DNA of 64,000 nt from Planctomycetaceae bacterium (lineage in GTDB: Bacteria > Planctomycetota > Planctomycetia > Pirellulales > UBA1268): contig JBJTQP010000092.1 of the NCBI GenBank assembly GCA_046075685.1, positions 861 through 64,860 of the forward strand, given 5' to 3'. Positions within the stretch are counted from its first letter, which is position 1; the number at the start of each line of letters is the position of its first letter. Shown piece by piece: positions 38,934-47,276 of the stretch. The position numbers and the translations under genes were made by a program. The notes below the pieces were generated by a model that worked only from the letters and a program-made list of their open reading frames with translations, was not told the DNA's origin and made no database searches.

Positions 38934-39851
38934 TCAGCAAATCAGGTCGCGGCGGGACTGCGGGCCGTGGCCCGGCGGCTTGCGGCCGATCCACCGCGGG
39001 TCGGCCGGTTCGGCAGCCGGCTGGTAGCGGGTGTCGGTCGACAGCCGCAGCCGCGCGGTGGTGTTGTCGAGTGAGGCGTGCAGGGTGTGGATGCCGAACA
39101 CCAGCACGTCCCCGGGTCGGTAGGTCTGGGCGGTGAGCCAAGGCAGGCCGAGTTTCCGGCGGAGGGTGGCCGGATCGTTCGCGAGCTTGCCGTCGCCCAC
39201 GGGACCCACCCAGCCGTGCACGTCCTGCGGCATGCGGGGGGGCAGATTCGTGCAGACGGTGTCGACGTCGGCGTCAAAATACGGGCGCAGCCGCTCGAGG
39301 CGGTGTGAGCCGGGCATGATGATCAGGCCGCCGATCTGGAGCGGAATCTCCATCAGCGGCGTCCAGGCGGTGTAAAGCCGCGATGTGCCCCGATTCATGT
39401 AGACGGAATCGGCGTGGGGCGCCGTGCCGGGCCCGCAGGGCATGACCCGCATCCACGTGAAGTCGAAGTGCCGCACCGCACCCCCGAGCAGCCGCTCGAA
39501 GGTGGCGATCATGGATCCGGCGTACAGCAGTCGCTGGAGCGGCTCGTTGTCCGTCGCGAGGTCGTGAAACGATCGCCGTGGCCACGGTACGCGGGCGATG
39601 CCGTCCGCCGCGGCTGCTCCCTCGCGGAGCATCCCCAGGGAGTCGAGCTGCTCCAGCAGTCGCCGCCGGGCCGCCTCCACGAGATCAGGATCGAGGCAGT
39701 CACGCAGGAACACATATCCGTCAGCGCTCAGTCGATCCGCCGCGTCGGTGCCGCGATCGATCCGGGTCTCGTGAAGCCAGCCGAATGCATCGGCGGACAC
39801 GTCGAGCCGTCGGCCGCAACTCATCAGTGCCGGAACCGTACCGCCCGCCAT
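38934..39851 (-). CDS. Phytanoyl-CoA dioxygenase (PhyH) family Fe(II)/2-oxoglutarate oxygenase
   Basis: The ATG at 39851 is preceded by GAGGA. APHADSVYMNRGTSRLYTAWTPLMEIP...GGLIIMPGSHRL...GDVLVFGIHTLHASLDN matches the PhyH pattern, including the H-x-D ... H facial triad context. Confidence 0.8.
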   Translation of the reverse strand: MAGGTVPALMSCGRRLDVSADAFGWLHETRIDRGTDAADRLSADGYVFLRDCLDPDLVEAARRRLLEQLDSLGMLREGAAAADGIARVPWPRRSFHDLATDNEPLQRLLYAGSMIATFERLLGGAVRHFDFTWMRVMPCGPGTAPHADSVYMNRGTSRLYTAWTPLMEIPLQIGGLIIMPGSHRLERLRPYFDADVDTVCTNLPPRMPQDVHGWVGPVGDGKLANDPATLRRKLGLPWLTAQTYRPGDVLVFGIHTLHASLDNTTARLRLSTDTRYQPAAEPADPRWIGRKPPGHGPQSRRDLIC

Positions 39852-39992
39852 TGTCCGGTCCTCCGCAGACTGCCGCCCCGCAGCGAGTGCCGCGGCACTC
39901 GGCGGCCGACCGCGGATGACCATCGAGTATGCACCTGGTCGTGGCGGCGGGCAATTTGTCTTTTCGGGTCAAGGCATGCACGTTCTCGTGAT

Positions 39993-40141
39993 CCCGCGAG
40001 CATCGAGCTGACGAGGCCATGGATGGCTCGTCAGCGGTCAGCGGTCGGCGTGATGGCGACCGCAGCGAGGGGGGTGAACCTTTGGCTTCACCCCGCGAGC
40101 ATCGAGCTGACGAGGCCATGGATGGCTCGTCAGCGGTCAGC
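39993..40141. repeat. Two identical 50-bp direct repeats (39993-40042, 40092-40141), each a 13-bp bulged palindrome, flanking a third hairpin (40071-40094)
   Basis: CCCGCGAGCATCGAGCTGACGAGGCCATGGATGGCTCGTCAGCGGTCAGC occurs twice, 99 bp apart. The inner stem is GCTGACGAGGCCAT/ATGGCTCGTCAGC. Between the copies lies GGGGTGAA-N8-TTCACCCC. Copy 2 contains the last codons and stop of the DUF11 gene. Confidence 0.85.
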
Positions 40142-42688
40142 ATAGACCCGCGTCGTCTCTTCCTTCGTGATGGGCGATGATTGGTCGGCGCTCGTGAGCT
40201 GCACCTGGATCCGTTGGTCGCCGGCGGCCCGGCCAGCGGCGCGGATGCGAAACACCGCCTCCTCCGCCGGCGCGAGCTTGGCGAGCGGCTCGAAGGCCAC
40301 CGTCGCCCGATCCACCCGGTGGCCACCCGGCCCGTGGGCCTCGAGCGGCTCGATGTCGCCGAGCAGCGTGGCCGCCAGCCTCACGCCGGTGGCGGGCTTC
40401 GTGCCCTGATTGACCACGCGGACCACGTATTCCGTGACGCCGCCGACCTCGATCGGATCCTCGCTGTCGAGCACCTCGAAGGACACGGCGGCGAGCCCTT
40501 CCACATCACAGGCGTGCGCGGTCTGGGCCGAGAGGCCGTCGGCGCTGCGGGCGGCGGCCATGATCCGCTGGGGGCCGAGCTCGACGGGCATCACCACCAC
40601 CTGCACCGTACCGGTCTCGCCGGCGGGCAGTTCCTCGAGGTTCCAGAGCACTTTGTGCGTGCGGTCGTCGTGCCAGCCGGCATTGTTGGCCTTCACGAAC
40701 TTCATGCCCGGCGGCAGCTGGGCGGCGAGTTCCAGGGCCCGTGCCGGAGCCGTGCCCGCATTGGTCATCGCGATCGTGCAGGTCGCAGGCCGTTGCAGGA
40801 ATCGTCGCAGCGGCATGTCGATGGCGATCTCGAGCGTGGGTGCCGTGACTTGGATCGGCACCTGCCGGACGACCTCGACGCCCCCGTCAGCCCGGGCCGC
40901 CAGTCGCGCCGCGTGGAGGCCCGGCCCCCGCGTGCCGAGCACGAGGTCGATCGTGCGAGACTCGCCGGGCCGGAGCTGGCCGACATCGAACTCGAGTTCC
41001 CGGCCCGAGCGATGGGAGACGTTCTCGGGCAGGAAGCCCTCCAGCACCACGCCGGTCGCCACGCCCGTGCCGGGGTTGGTGATCGTGATCGTGACCTGGA
41101 GGTCGCGGCCAATGAGCACCGGCTCCGGAGACGCGCATTCGATCGCCAGGTCGGGTTTCGTGGCCTTGGAGCGGATCGAGGCGTCGGTGCGGAAGCTCAC
41201 GCTGGCGACACTGCCGATTTCACCCTCCACCTGCGGCATCACCTCCATCGTGACCACGGTCTGGCCTCCGGGGGGCAGCGTGCCGAGCAGCCAGGCGAGG
41301 CCGCCGTCGGCCGCCTCGGGTGTCTGGGGCACGGGGCTTGCCGGCGGCGTGGTGGCGACGAGCGCCGTGCCCTGCGGCACCGCATCGCGGAGGATCACGT
41401 CGTGGGCGGTGGCACTGCCGACGTTGCGAACGACGATCTCGTAGCGGGCCGGCTTGCCGACCGAGACTTCGCGGGGTCCGCGCTTCTCCACCGAGACCTG
41501 CGGCGTCTGGATGCCTTCGAGCTGCATCGGACCCGGTCGGCCGACCCCGGCGACGGGTGGCTGCCGGGGGGGCGGGCCTGCCGGGCGTTCGGGATCGGCC
41601 GCGGCCAGCCCATCGCTCATGACGGGCGGCGCGGCGGCGAAGGGCGATGCATCGGCGGCGGACGAAGACGGCGCTGCCACCGGCACGGGAAACGACGAGG
41701 CATCACTCGAGCCTGCCGCGCGGAGGTCTTTGGCGGCCGGCGGCGAGGTCGGAGGTGAAGATGGCGTACGAGACGTCGCGGGCATCGTCGCTGGAGGCGG
41801 CACGAACATCGAGGGCTGGGCCGCGGGCACGGGCGGTGCGGGCGGGGCACCTGGAAACGCCGGCGGCGCTGCGCCGAACGCCACCGCCGCCGGTGGCTCG
41901 GACGGCACCGCGTCGGGAACGGGTACCGGAACAGGCTCAGGGGCGGCGAGGTCGCCCGCGTCCTCCGGAAGCGGATTCGCCGGAGACTGCCCCGGTTGGT
42001 GCGACACCCCGGGCTCCTCCTGCGGGGTTGGTCTCCGGGCCTCATGCTCCGGGGTTTCGGCAGAGGCCGGTGAAGGCTCAACGCGGGGTGATGTCGGGGC
42101 CGCATCAGTGGACGTGGCGGCAGGATCGAGCGGGTCTTCACGGGTGGCCGGCACGACGCCGTCACTTCCCGGCTCGAGGTCGGCGGGCGTGAAGCGCGAG
42201 AACCGTGGAACCGCCGCGGCGTCTGCGGCAGCGGGGAGCACGGTGTCGGGCATGTCGAGGGACGCAGGCTTCACGGGATACCGCGAGCCAGTTGCCCCCG
42301 TGTCGGTCTCGTGGGCCGCCGGGCGACTCCCCCAGCGATCCGGCCGCGTGGCGGATGCGGCTGGCACCGCGTCATCGATCGGTGGCAGCAGGTCGGGCTC
42401 GCGGTGGGTGGCACCGCTGGTGTGATCAAGCATGCGGGGATGGTCGGCCGTGGCCTGCATACCATCGTCGGGAGCGAGCGCGGCAGAGGCACCTTCGTCG
42501 CTGGTGGGCCGTGTTCCGCGCCCGATCCCCAGGGCCCAGACCAGGCCGAAGCCCGCCGCGGCGCAGACGCAGGCTCCGATGACGGCCGACATGTTCGATT
42601 GCCGGGGCGGCACGACGAGCGACTGGCGTGAGGGCCGGGAAGCGGCATCCCCGGCGTCGGCCGCCGGCGTGGATTCAGGAGTGGGCAT
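40130..42688 (-). CDS. DUF11 (conserved repeat domain) surface protein with a Pro/Ala-rich N-terminal region and TM anchor
   Basis: 852 aa with TM segment MSAVIGACVCAAAGFGLVWALGIG and a long P/A-rich linker. Several Ig-like repeats follow, of the type V..EKRGPREVSVGKPARYEIVVRNVGSATAHDVILRDAVPQG and ITITNPGTGVATGVVLEGFLPENV. Confidence 0.75.
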   Translation of the reverse strand: MPTPESTPAADAGDAASRPSRQSLVVPPRQSNMSAVIGACVCAAAGFGLVWALGIGRGTRPTSDEGASAALAPDDGMQATADHPRMLDHTSGATHREPDLLPPIDDAVPAASATRPDRWGSRPAAHETDTGATGSRYPVKPASLDMPDTVLPAAADAAAVPRFSRFTPADLEPGSDGVVPATREDPLDPAATSTDAAPTSPRVEPSPASAETPEHEARRPTPQEEPGVSHQPGQSPANPLPEDAGDLAAPEPVPVPVPDAVPSEPPAAVAFGAAPPAFPGAPPAPPVPAAQPSMFVPPPATMPATSRTPSSPPTSPPAAKDLRAAGSSDASSFPVPVAAPSSSAADASPFAAAPPVMSDGLAAADPERPAGPPPRQPPVAGVGRPGPMQLEGIQTPQVSVEKRGPREVSVGKPARYEIVVRNVGSATAHDVILRDAVPQGTALVATTPPASPVPQTPEAADGGLAWLLGTLPPGGQTVVTMEVMPQVEGEIGSVASVSFRTDASIRSKATKPDLAIECASPEPVLIGRDLQVTITITNPGTGVATGVVLEGFLPENVSHRSGRELEFDVGQLRPGESRTIDLVLGTRGPGLHAARLAARADGGVEVVRQVPIQVTAPTLEIAIDMPLRRFLQRPATCTIAMTNAGTAPARALELAAQLPPGMKFVKANNAGWHDDRTHKVLWNLEELPAGETGTVQVVVMPVELGPQRIMAAARSADGLSAQTAHACDVEGLAAVSFEVLDSEDPIEVGGVTEYVVRVVNQGTKPATGVRLAATLLGDIEPLEAHGPGGHRVDRATVAFEPLAKLAPAEEAVFRIRAAGRAAGDQRIQVQLTSADQSSPITKEETTRVYADR

Positions 42689-42816
42689 GCAACGTCCCTC
42701 GGAGCCTGGTCACGAGCGGCACCCCGCCGCACCGTGGCCCGGGGGGGAAGTAGCAGAGCCCGTGGCTGCGGAGAAGGCCATTCGCCCGTGGAGGACGTTG
42801 GGGCTGGCGAGGAGAC

Positions 42817-43713
42817 TCAGGTGGCTGCGAGAACCTGGTGAAGATGGAAGTGAAACTTCCCCAGGGCGCCGCCGTAGTGTCCCGCCGAGATGGCCGGCAC
42901 GTCGTCGCCGCAGGCGGCCCGGATGCCGGCGGCCATGGCGGCGGTCACCGCCTTCTCGGTCGTGCCGTCGATGACGATTTCGAGACATGCCGCAGCGTCC
43001 GGATGCAGGCCTGTCGCCGGCTCGCGGCCCACGAGGCCGGGGCAGAAGGCCTCGTTGGTCGAGGCCCGCAGGGATTCGTAGACCGAGCCCACCTTGCTGC
43101 CTGACCGCACGACGCCTCCCGGAAAGGGGGCGATCGTGCCGGGGATCGGCTTGATCGCCGCCACGGCCCGCCGGGCGGCCGTCAGGGCGGCCGCCAGTGA
43201 CCGGCCCTGGACGATGAAGTTGCCGCCGCCGATCCCCTTGGCCACGCCGGCCGTCTCCTCGATCAGGAACTCGCCGTCCATCACCGGCACCCGCCAGTAG
43301 CGGCGGCCGTCGAGCACCTTGGTCTTTTCGCGGCCGTCGCCGAAAAACCGCACGTGGCCGCCGAGCGGCACCCGCTCGTCGCCGCCAGGCAGGCCATCGA
43401 AGACTGCCGTGGTCGGGCAGGTCAGCAGGCACTGCGCCGCCCGGTTGGCCACGGCCCGGGCGACGGCGTCCGTGGAAAATGCGAACAGCAGAACGGACGC
43501 CCCGGGCCTGCCGTCGGGAGAGTCCGCGGCGGCGATCAGGTGCTCGACGCCCACCTCGGCATCGCAGCCGATCACGCTCGTGCCGTAGCCGCAGGTGGCC
43601 CGGATGGCGGCTTCGAGCCAGTGGTCGTCGTGCGCCGTCACGACGAGCCGCGCGTACCGCAGCCGAAACGCCTCGGCGAAGGTGTCGACCACGAGCGTGG
43701 AGCCGATCAGCAC
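42817..43713 (-). CDS. ftr: Formylmethanofuran--tetrahydromethanopterin N-formyltransferase (Ftr/FhcD-like)
   Basis: A GTG start at 43713, preceded by GGAGA, gives 298 aa. VVDTFAEAFRLRYARLVVTAHDDHWLEAAIRATCGYGTSVIGCDAEVG...GGGNFIVQG...FPGGVVRSGSKVGS tracks Ftr. The longer 479-aa ORF prefix is Ser/Arg junk. Confidence 0.85.
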   Translation of the reverse strand: MLIGSTLVVDTFAEAFRLRYARLVVTAHDDHWLEAAIRATCGYGTSVIGCDAEVGVEHLIAAADSPDGRPGASVLLFAFSTDAVARAVANRAAQCLLTCPTTAVFDGLPGGDERVPLGGHVRFFGDGREKTKVLDGRRYWRVPVMDGEFLIEETAGVAKGIGGGNFIVQGRSLAAALTAARRAVAAIKPIPGTIAPFPGGVVRSGSKVGSVYESLRASTNEAFCPGLVGREPATGLHPDAAACLEIVIDGTTEKAVTAAMAAGIRAACGDDVPAISAGHYGGALGKFHFHLHQVLAAT

Positions 43714-43852
43714 GCGGGTGTCTCCGGGCGACGCGGGAAGGATGATCGGGTGAGAGCCGGCTGGAACCGGGTTTTCCACGCCAAGGCGATCGCGTATCTT
43801 ACGGTTTCCCGCCTCGCACCTGGGCTGCGGCGGGATTCGCCGCTCGGGAAGG

Positions 43853-46168
43853 ATGTGGCCGATGCTGTCGCTGCTGATGTGGGTGCTGCCCTGCCGGGTT
43901 CGGCGGCCGTGGTTCGCGGGCAGGGCCGTGCTGGCCTCGGTCGGGGTGCTCATCGGTGCCGCCCCGTTGCGGGCCGACGATTCAGCGGCGGTAGAGCGGC
44001 TCGGGGTGGCGGTGATCCCACAGGACGCGGCATTCGTGTCGTCATCGCTGCGGCTGCGGGAGCAGTACGAAGCGGTCGTCGGCAGCAACGCCTTCACGTC
44101 GATCCTCGCGCTGCCGGCAGTGCGCCGGGCCCTCGACTCGCTCGAGGAGCAGCGGTTCACGCCCGGCAGCGCGCTCTCCACGTTCGACACCTTCATGCAG
44201 ATGCCCGAGAACGCCGACGCGGCGGAGCTGCTTGCCGACATGGTGGCGACCGACACGTTCGTCTACGGCGAGCCCTCGTGCGTCTCGTTCTGGAAGCTGG
44301 TCCGCAAGCTCGCCGAGGCGCAGCAGCGGGCGGGCGTCGCCCCGGCCGCCGCCGAGTCTGACATCGTGGTGGAGAGCATCGAGGACGACGACCCTCCGGC
44401 CGCGGACGAGATGGTCGGGGCGGCCGATGCATCGCTCCAGGCGCGGGCGCTGATCGCCACGCTGGCCGACAACCTCGACCTCATCGTGGTGCCGGACGTG
44501 GTCTGGGGTTTCACGACCACGAAGCGGGATCTGGCCGATGATCAGATCCGGAGGATCGAATCGCTCGTCGGGTCGATGCTGCAGGCCGCCCCGGACCTCG
44601 CGCGCAGCGTGGCCCGACGGAAGACGGCCGGCGGGGAGATGCTCACGCTGACGCTCGACGGGGAGAGCATTCCCTGGGCTGAACTGGAGCGGGAGACGGT
44701 GAACCTCACCGGCGACGCCGCCGCGGCGGCGAAGGTCTTCGGGCGGCTCAAGACGCTCGACCTGGTGGTCGCGATCGGCGTGGTGGGCGACCGGATGATC
44801 GTCTCGCTCGGCGATTCCGCCGACCATCTCGACAAACTGGCGACCCCGGAGAGCGGCCGCCGCGGGCTGCTCTCACTGCCGGCCTTCGCGCCGCTGCTGG
44901 CGGACGCCGGCAGACGGCTCACGGGCATCGCCTACATGAGCGAGCAGCTCTGCGACGCAGCTGGTTCGTCACGGTCCGACCTGGACGCGATGCTCGGCGT
45001 CATCGATCAACTTGACGAGACGACAGGCCTGACGGCGGAGGCCCGCAGCGATGTGCGGGGCCTGGCGGAGAAGGCGGTCGAGGAGTGGGCGAAGCGGCTG
45101 CCCGAGGCGGGGCCATGGATGTCGTACGCCTTCATGACCGACGATGGCTACGAGGGCTATTCGTGGAACTGGGCGCGGAACCAGCCCTTCGACGGGTCCC
45201 GGCGGCTCGACCTCCTCGAGCATGCTGGCGGCGCGCCGCTGGCGGTCGCCGTCTCGCGGATCAAGGACGACCCGGCCGGCTTCGACGCGATGGTGGAACT
45301 CGTGCAGGCCGCGTGGGGAATCGTGGGTCGGCACGCGGGAGCGGCGCTGGACGACGGGCAGCGGCAGGCGTTCGACACGTTCGGCGGGATGGGGAGCCGG
45401 CTGGCGACCATCGTGCGGGACAAGCTCGGGCGGTCGCTTGCCGACGGGCAACTGGGGTTCGTGCTCGACGCGAAGGGCAAGTCGCGGAAGCTGCAGGGCG
45501 ACCTGCCGCCGTCGGCCGATCCGCTGCCGCTCGTGGAGCCGGCCCTGGTGCTGTCGATCGCCGACCCGAAGCTGTTCCGCGAGGGCCTCAGCGACGTCTT
45601 CGCGCTCGGCGACGAGTTCACCGCCGCCCTGAAGCGGCTCGAACCGGGCTCCGTGCCGGAGGGGTATCGGATTCCCGAGCCGGAGAAGTCGAAGACCGAT
45701 GAGGGCTCCGTCTGGTCATGGAAGCTCGTGAACAGCCGGCTCGACGATCAGGTCCGCCCGGCGATCGGCGTGGGCGAGCGGACTGCGGTGCTGTCGCTGG
45801 CTCCGAAACAGGCCGGCCGGCTGTTGGCGGAGAGCCGGTTGGAGACGGGCAGCCAAATGGCCAGGTTCGACGAGCCGCTGGCGGCGGCGGCGGCCTGCGA
45901 CTTCGCGGGTGTGGTGGACGCCATCGAGCCGTGGATCGTCTACGTCACACGGTATGGCTGCGTGCAGGAACGCGAGGGCGTCGTCGATCCGGACGCGGAA
46001 CTGTCGGCCGCCGATGAGACCCCGCAGGCCAAGGAGGTGCTCGAGCACGTGCACGTGGTGCTCGCGGCACTGAAGTCGCTGCGGGCCGGCGTGTCCGAGA
46101 CCACCACGCGGGACGACGCCCTGGTCACCCACTGGCGGAACGTGATCCGCGACATTCCGGCGAAATGA
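43853..46168 (+). CDS. Hypothetical secreted protein (no recognised domain)
   Basis: 771-aa ORF with a signal-like N-terminus ...AVLASVGVLIGAAPLRADD. High GC3 in this frame. It is divergent from ftr. Confidence 0.65.
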   Translation: MWPMLSLLMWVLPCRVRRPWFAGRAVLASVGVLIGAAPLRADDSAAVERLGVAVIPQDAAFVSSSLRLREQYEAVVGSNAFTSILALPAVRRALDSLEEQRFTPGSALSTFDTFMQMPENADAAELLADMVATDTFVYGEPSCVSFWKLVRKLAEAQQRAGVAPAAAESDIVVESIEDDDPPAADEMVGAADASLQARALIATLADNLDLIVVPDVVWGFTTTKRDLADDQIRRIESLVGSMLQAAPDLARSVARRKTAGGEMLTLTLDGESIPWAELERETVNLTGDAAAAAKVFGRLKTLDLVVAIGVVGDRMIVSLGDSADHLDKLATPESGRRGLLSLPAFAPLLADAGRRLTGIAYMSEQLCDAAGSSRSDLDAMLGVIDQLDETTGLTAEARSDVRGLAEKAVEEWAKRLPEAGPWMSYAFMTDDGYEGYSWNWARNQPFDGSRRLDLLEHAGGAPLAVAVSRIKDDPAGFDAMVELVQAAWGIVGRHAGAALDDGQRQAFDTFGGMGSRLATIVRDKLGRSLADGQLGFVLDAKGKSRKLQGDLPPSADPLPLVEPALVLSIADPKLFREGLSDVFALGDEFTAALKRLEPGSVPEGYRIPEPEKSKTDEGSVWSWKLVNSRLDDQVRPAIGVGERTAVLSLAPKQAGRLLAESRLETGSQMARFDEPLAAAAACDFAGVVDAIEPWIVYVTRYGCVQEREGVVDPDAELSAADETPQAKEVLEHVHVVLAALKSLRAGVSETTTRDDALVTHWRNVIRDIPAK

Positions 46169-47270
46169 CCGGCCGTCCGCGGATGGTTCCGCGGATGAGC
46201 ACGTCTCCCCCCGGGAAGGACACGTCCTCCACCTGCAGCCGTGCCGGCTCGGTGAGCCCGTCCTCGCGTGCCGTCCCGCCTCCGAGAATCCTCGGGGCGA
46301 CGAAGACCCAGGCTTCGTCGACGAGATCCGCGGCGAACAGGCCGCCGAGCACGCTCGGGCCGCCCTCCACGAGCAGGTTCGTGAGCCGTCGCCGGCCGAG
46401 TTCTTGAAGCAGGTCTGCGGTGCGGTCGACCGCACCACAGGCCTGCCCGACCCAGACGTCGCAGCCGGCCGATTTCAGCGCGGCGACGCGTTCGGGCGGC
46501 GCTTCCGGGCCCGCTGCCACGAGCACCGGCACCTCCCGCGCGGTGCGGACGAGACGCGCAGCGAGGGGAAGCCGGGCCCTCGAGTCGAGCACGATCCGCA
46601 GCGGCTGCCTGGGACCTGCGGTCGCGGCCCCGGATGGACGTGCGGTGAGCAGCGGATCGTCGGTGAGGGCGGTGCCGATGCCGACGGCGATCGCGTCGAC
46701 CCTCGTCCGCAGATCGTGGACCAGCTCGCGAGACGGATGCGACGAGATCCAGCGATCCTGGCCGGCGGGGGCCGCGAAGCGGCCGTCGAGACTGATCGCC
46801 CACTTGGCGATCACCCAGGGCCGGCCCTGGGTGATCAGCGTGCGAAATGCCGCGGTGAGCCGCTCGGCTTCCGCCGCCAGCAGCCCGGTCTCGACCGCGA
46901 TGCCGGCTGCGCGAAGCGCCGCCACTCCGCGGCCCGCGACTTCGTGATACGGATCACCTGCCGCGATCACCACCCGGGTGATGCCGGCCGCCTGGATCGC
47001 CGCGGTGCACGGCGGCGTCTTGCCGTGATGGCAGCAGGGCTCGAGGGTCACGACGAGCGTCGCGCCCCGGGCACGATCACCGGCGGCCAGCAGGGCCGCG
47101 ACCTCCGCGTGCGGCCCGCCGAACCGCTCGTGCCAGCCCTCGCCGACGATCACGCCGTCGGCCACGACCACGGCTCCGACCTGCGGATTGGGCTCGACGA
47201 ATCCGCGGCCGCGGGCCGCGAGCTCGAGGGCCCGTCGCATCGCCGCCTCGTCGCTGGGCGTCAGCGCCAT
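46125..47270 (-). CDS. ribD: Bifunctional riboflavin biosynthesis protein RibD (deaminase/reductase)
   Basis: MRRALELAARGRGFVEPNPQVGAVVV...GWHERFGGPHAEVAAL...TLEPCCHHGKTPPC is the deaminase zinc motif. The C-terminus has a reductase domain. Confidence 0.92.
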   Translation of the reverse strand: MALTPSDEAAMRRALELAARGRGFVEPNPQVGAVVVADGVIVGEGWHERFGGPHAEVAALLAAGDRARGATLVVTLEPCCHHGKTPPCTAAIQAAGITRVVIAAGDPYHEVAGRGVAALRAAGIAVETGLLAAEAERLTAAFRTLITQGRPWVIAKWAISLDGRFAAPAGQDRWISSHPSRELVHDLRTRVDAIAVGIGTALTDDPLLTARPSGAATAGPRQPLRIVLDSRARLPLAARLVRTAREVPVLVAAGPEAPPERVAALKSAGCDVWVGQACGAVDRTADLLQELGRRRLTNLLVEGGPSVLGGLFAADLVDEAWVFVAPRILGGGTAREDGLTEPARLQVEDVSFPGGDVLIRGTIRGRPVISPECRGSRSASG

Positions 47271-47276
47271 GGCCGG

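Noticed and set aside
40007-40035. A CUGACGAG motif inside the 50-bp repeat, reminiscent of the hammerhead ribozyme core CUGAUGAG.
   Set aside because: The motif is simply one arm of a perfect palindrome. There is no GAAA core element and no three-stem junction on either strand.
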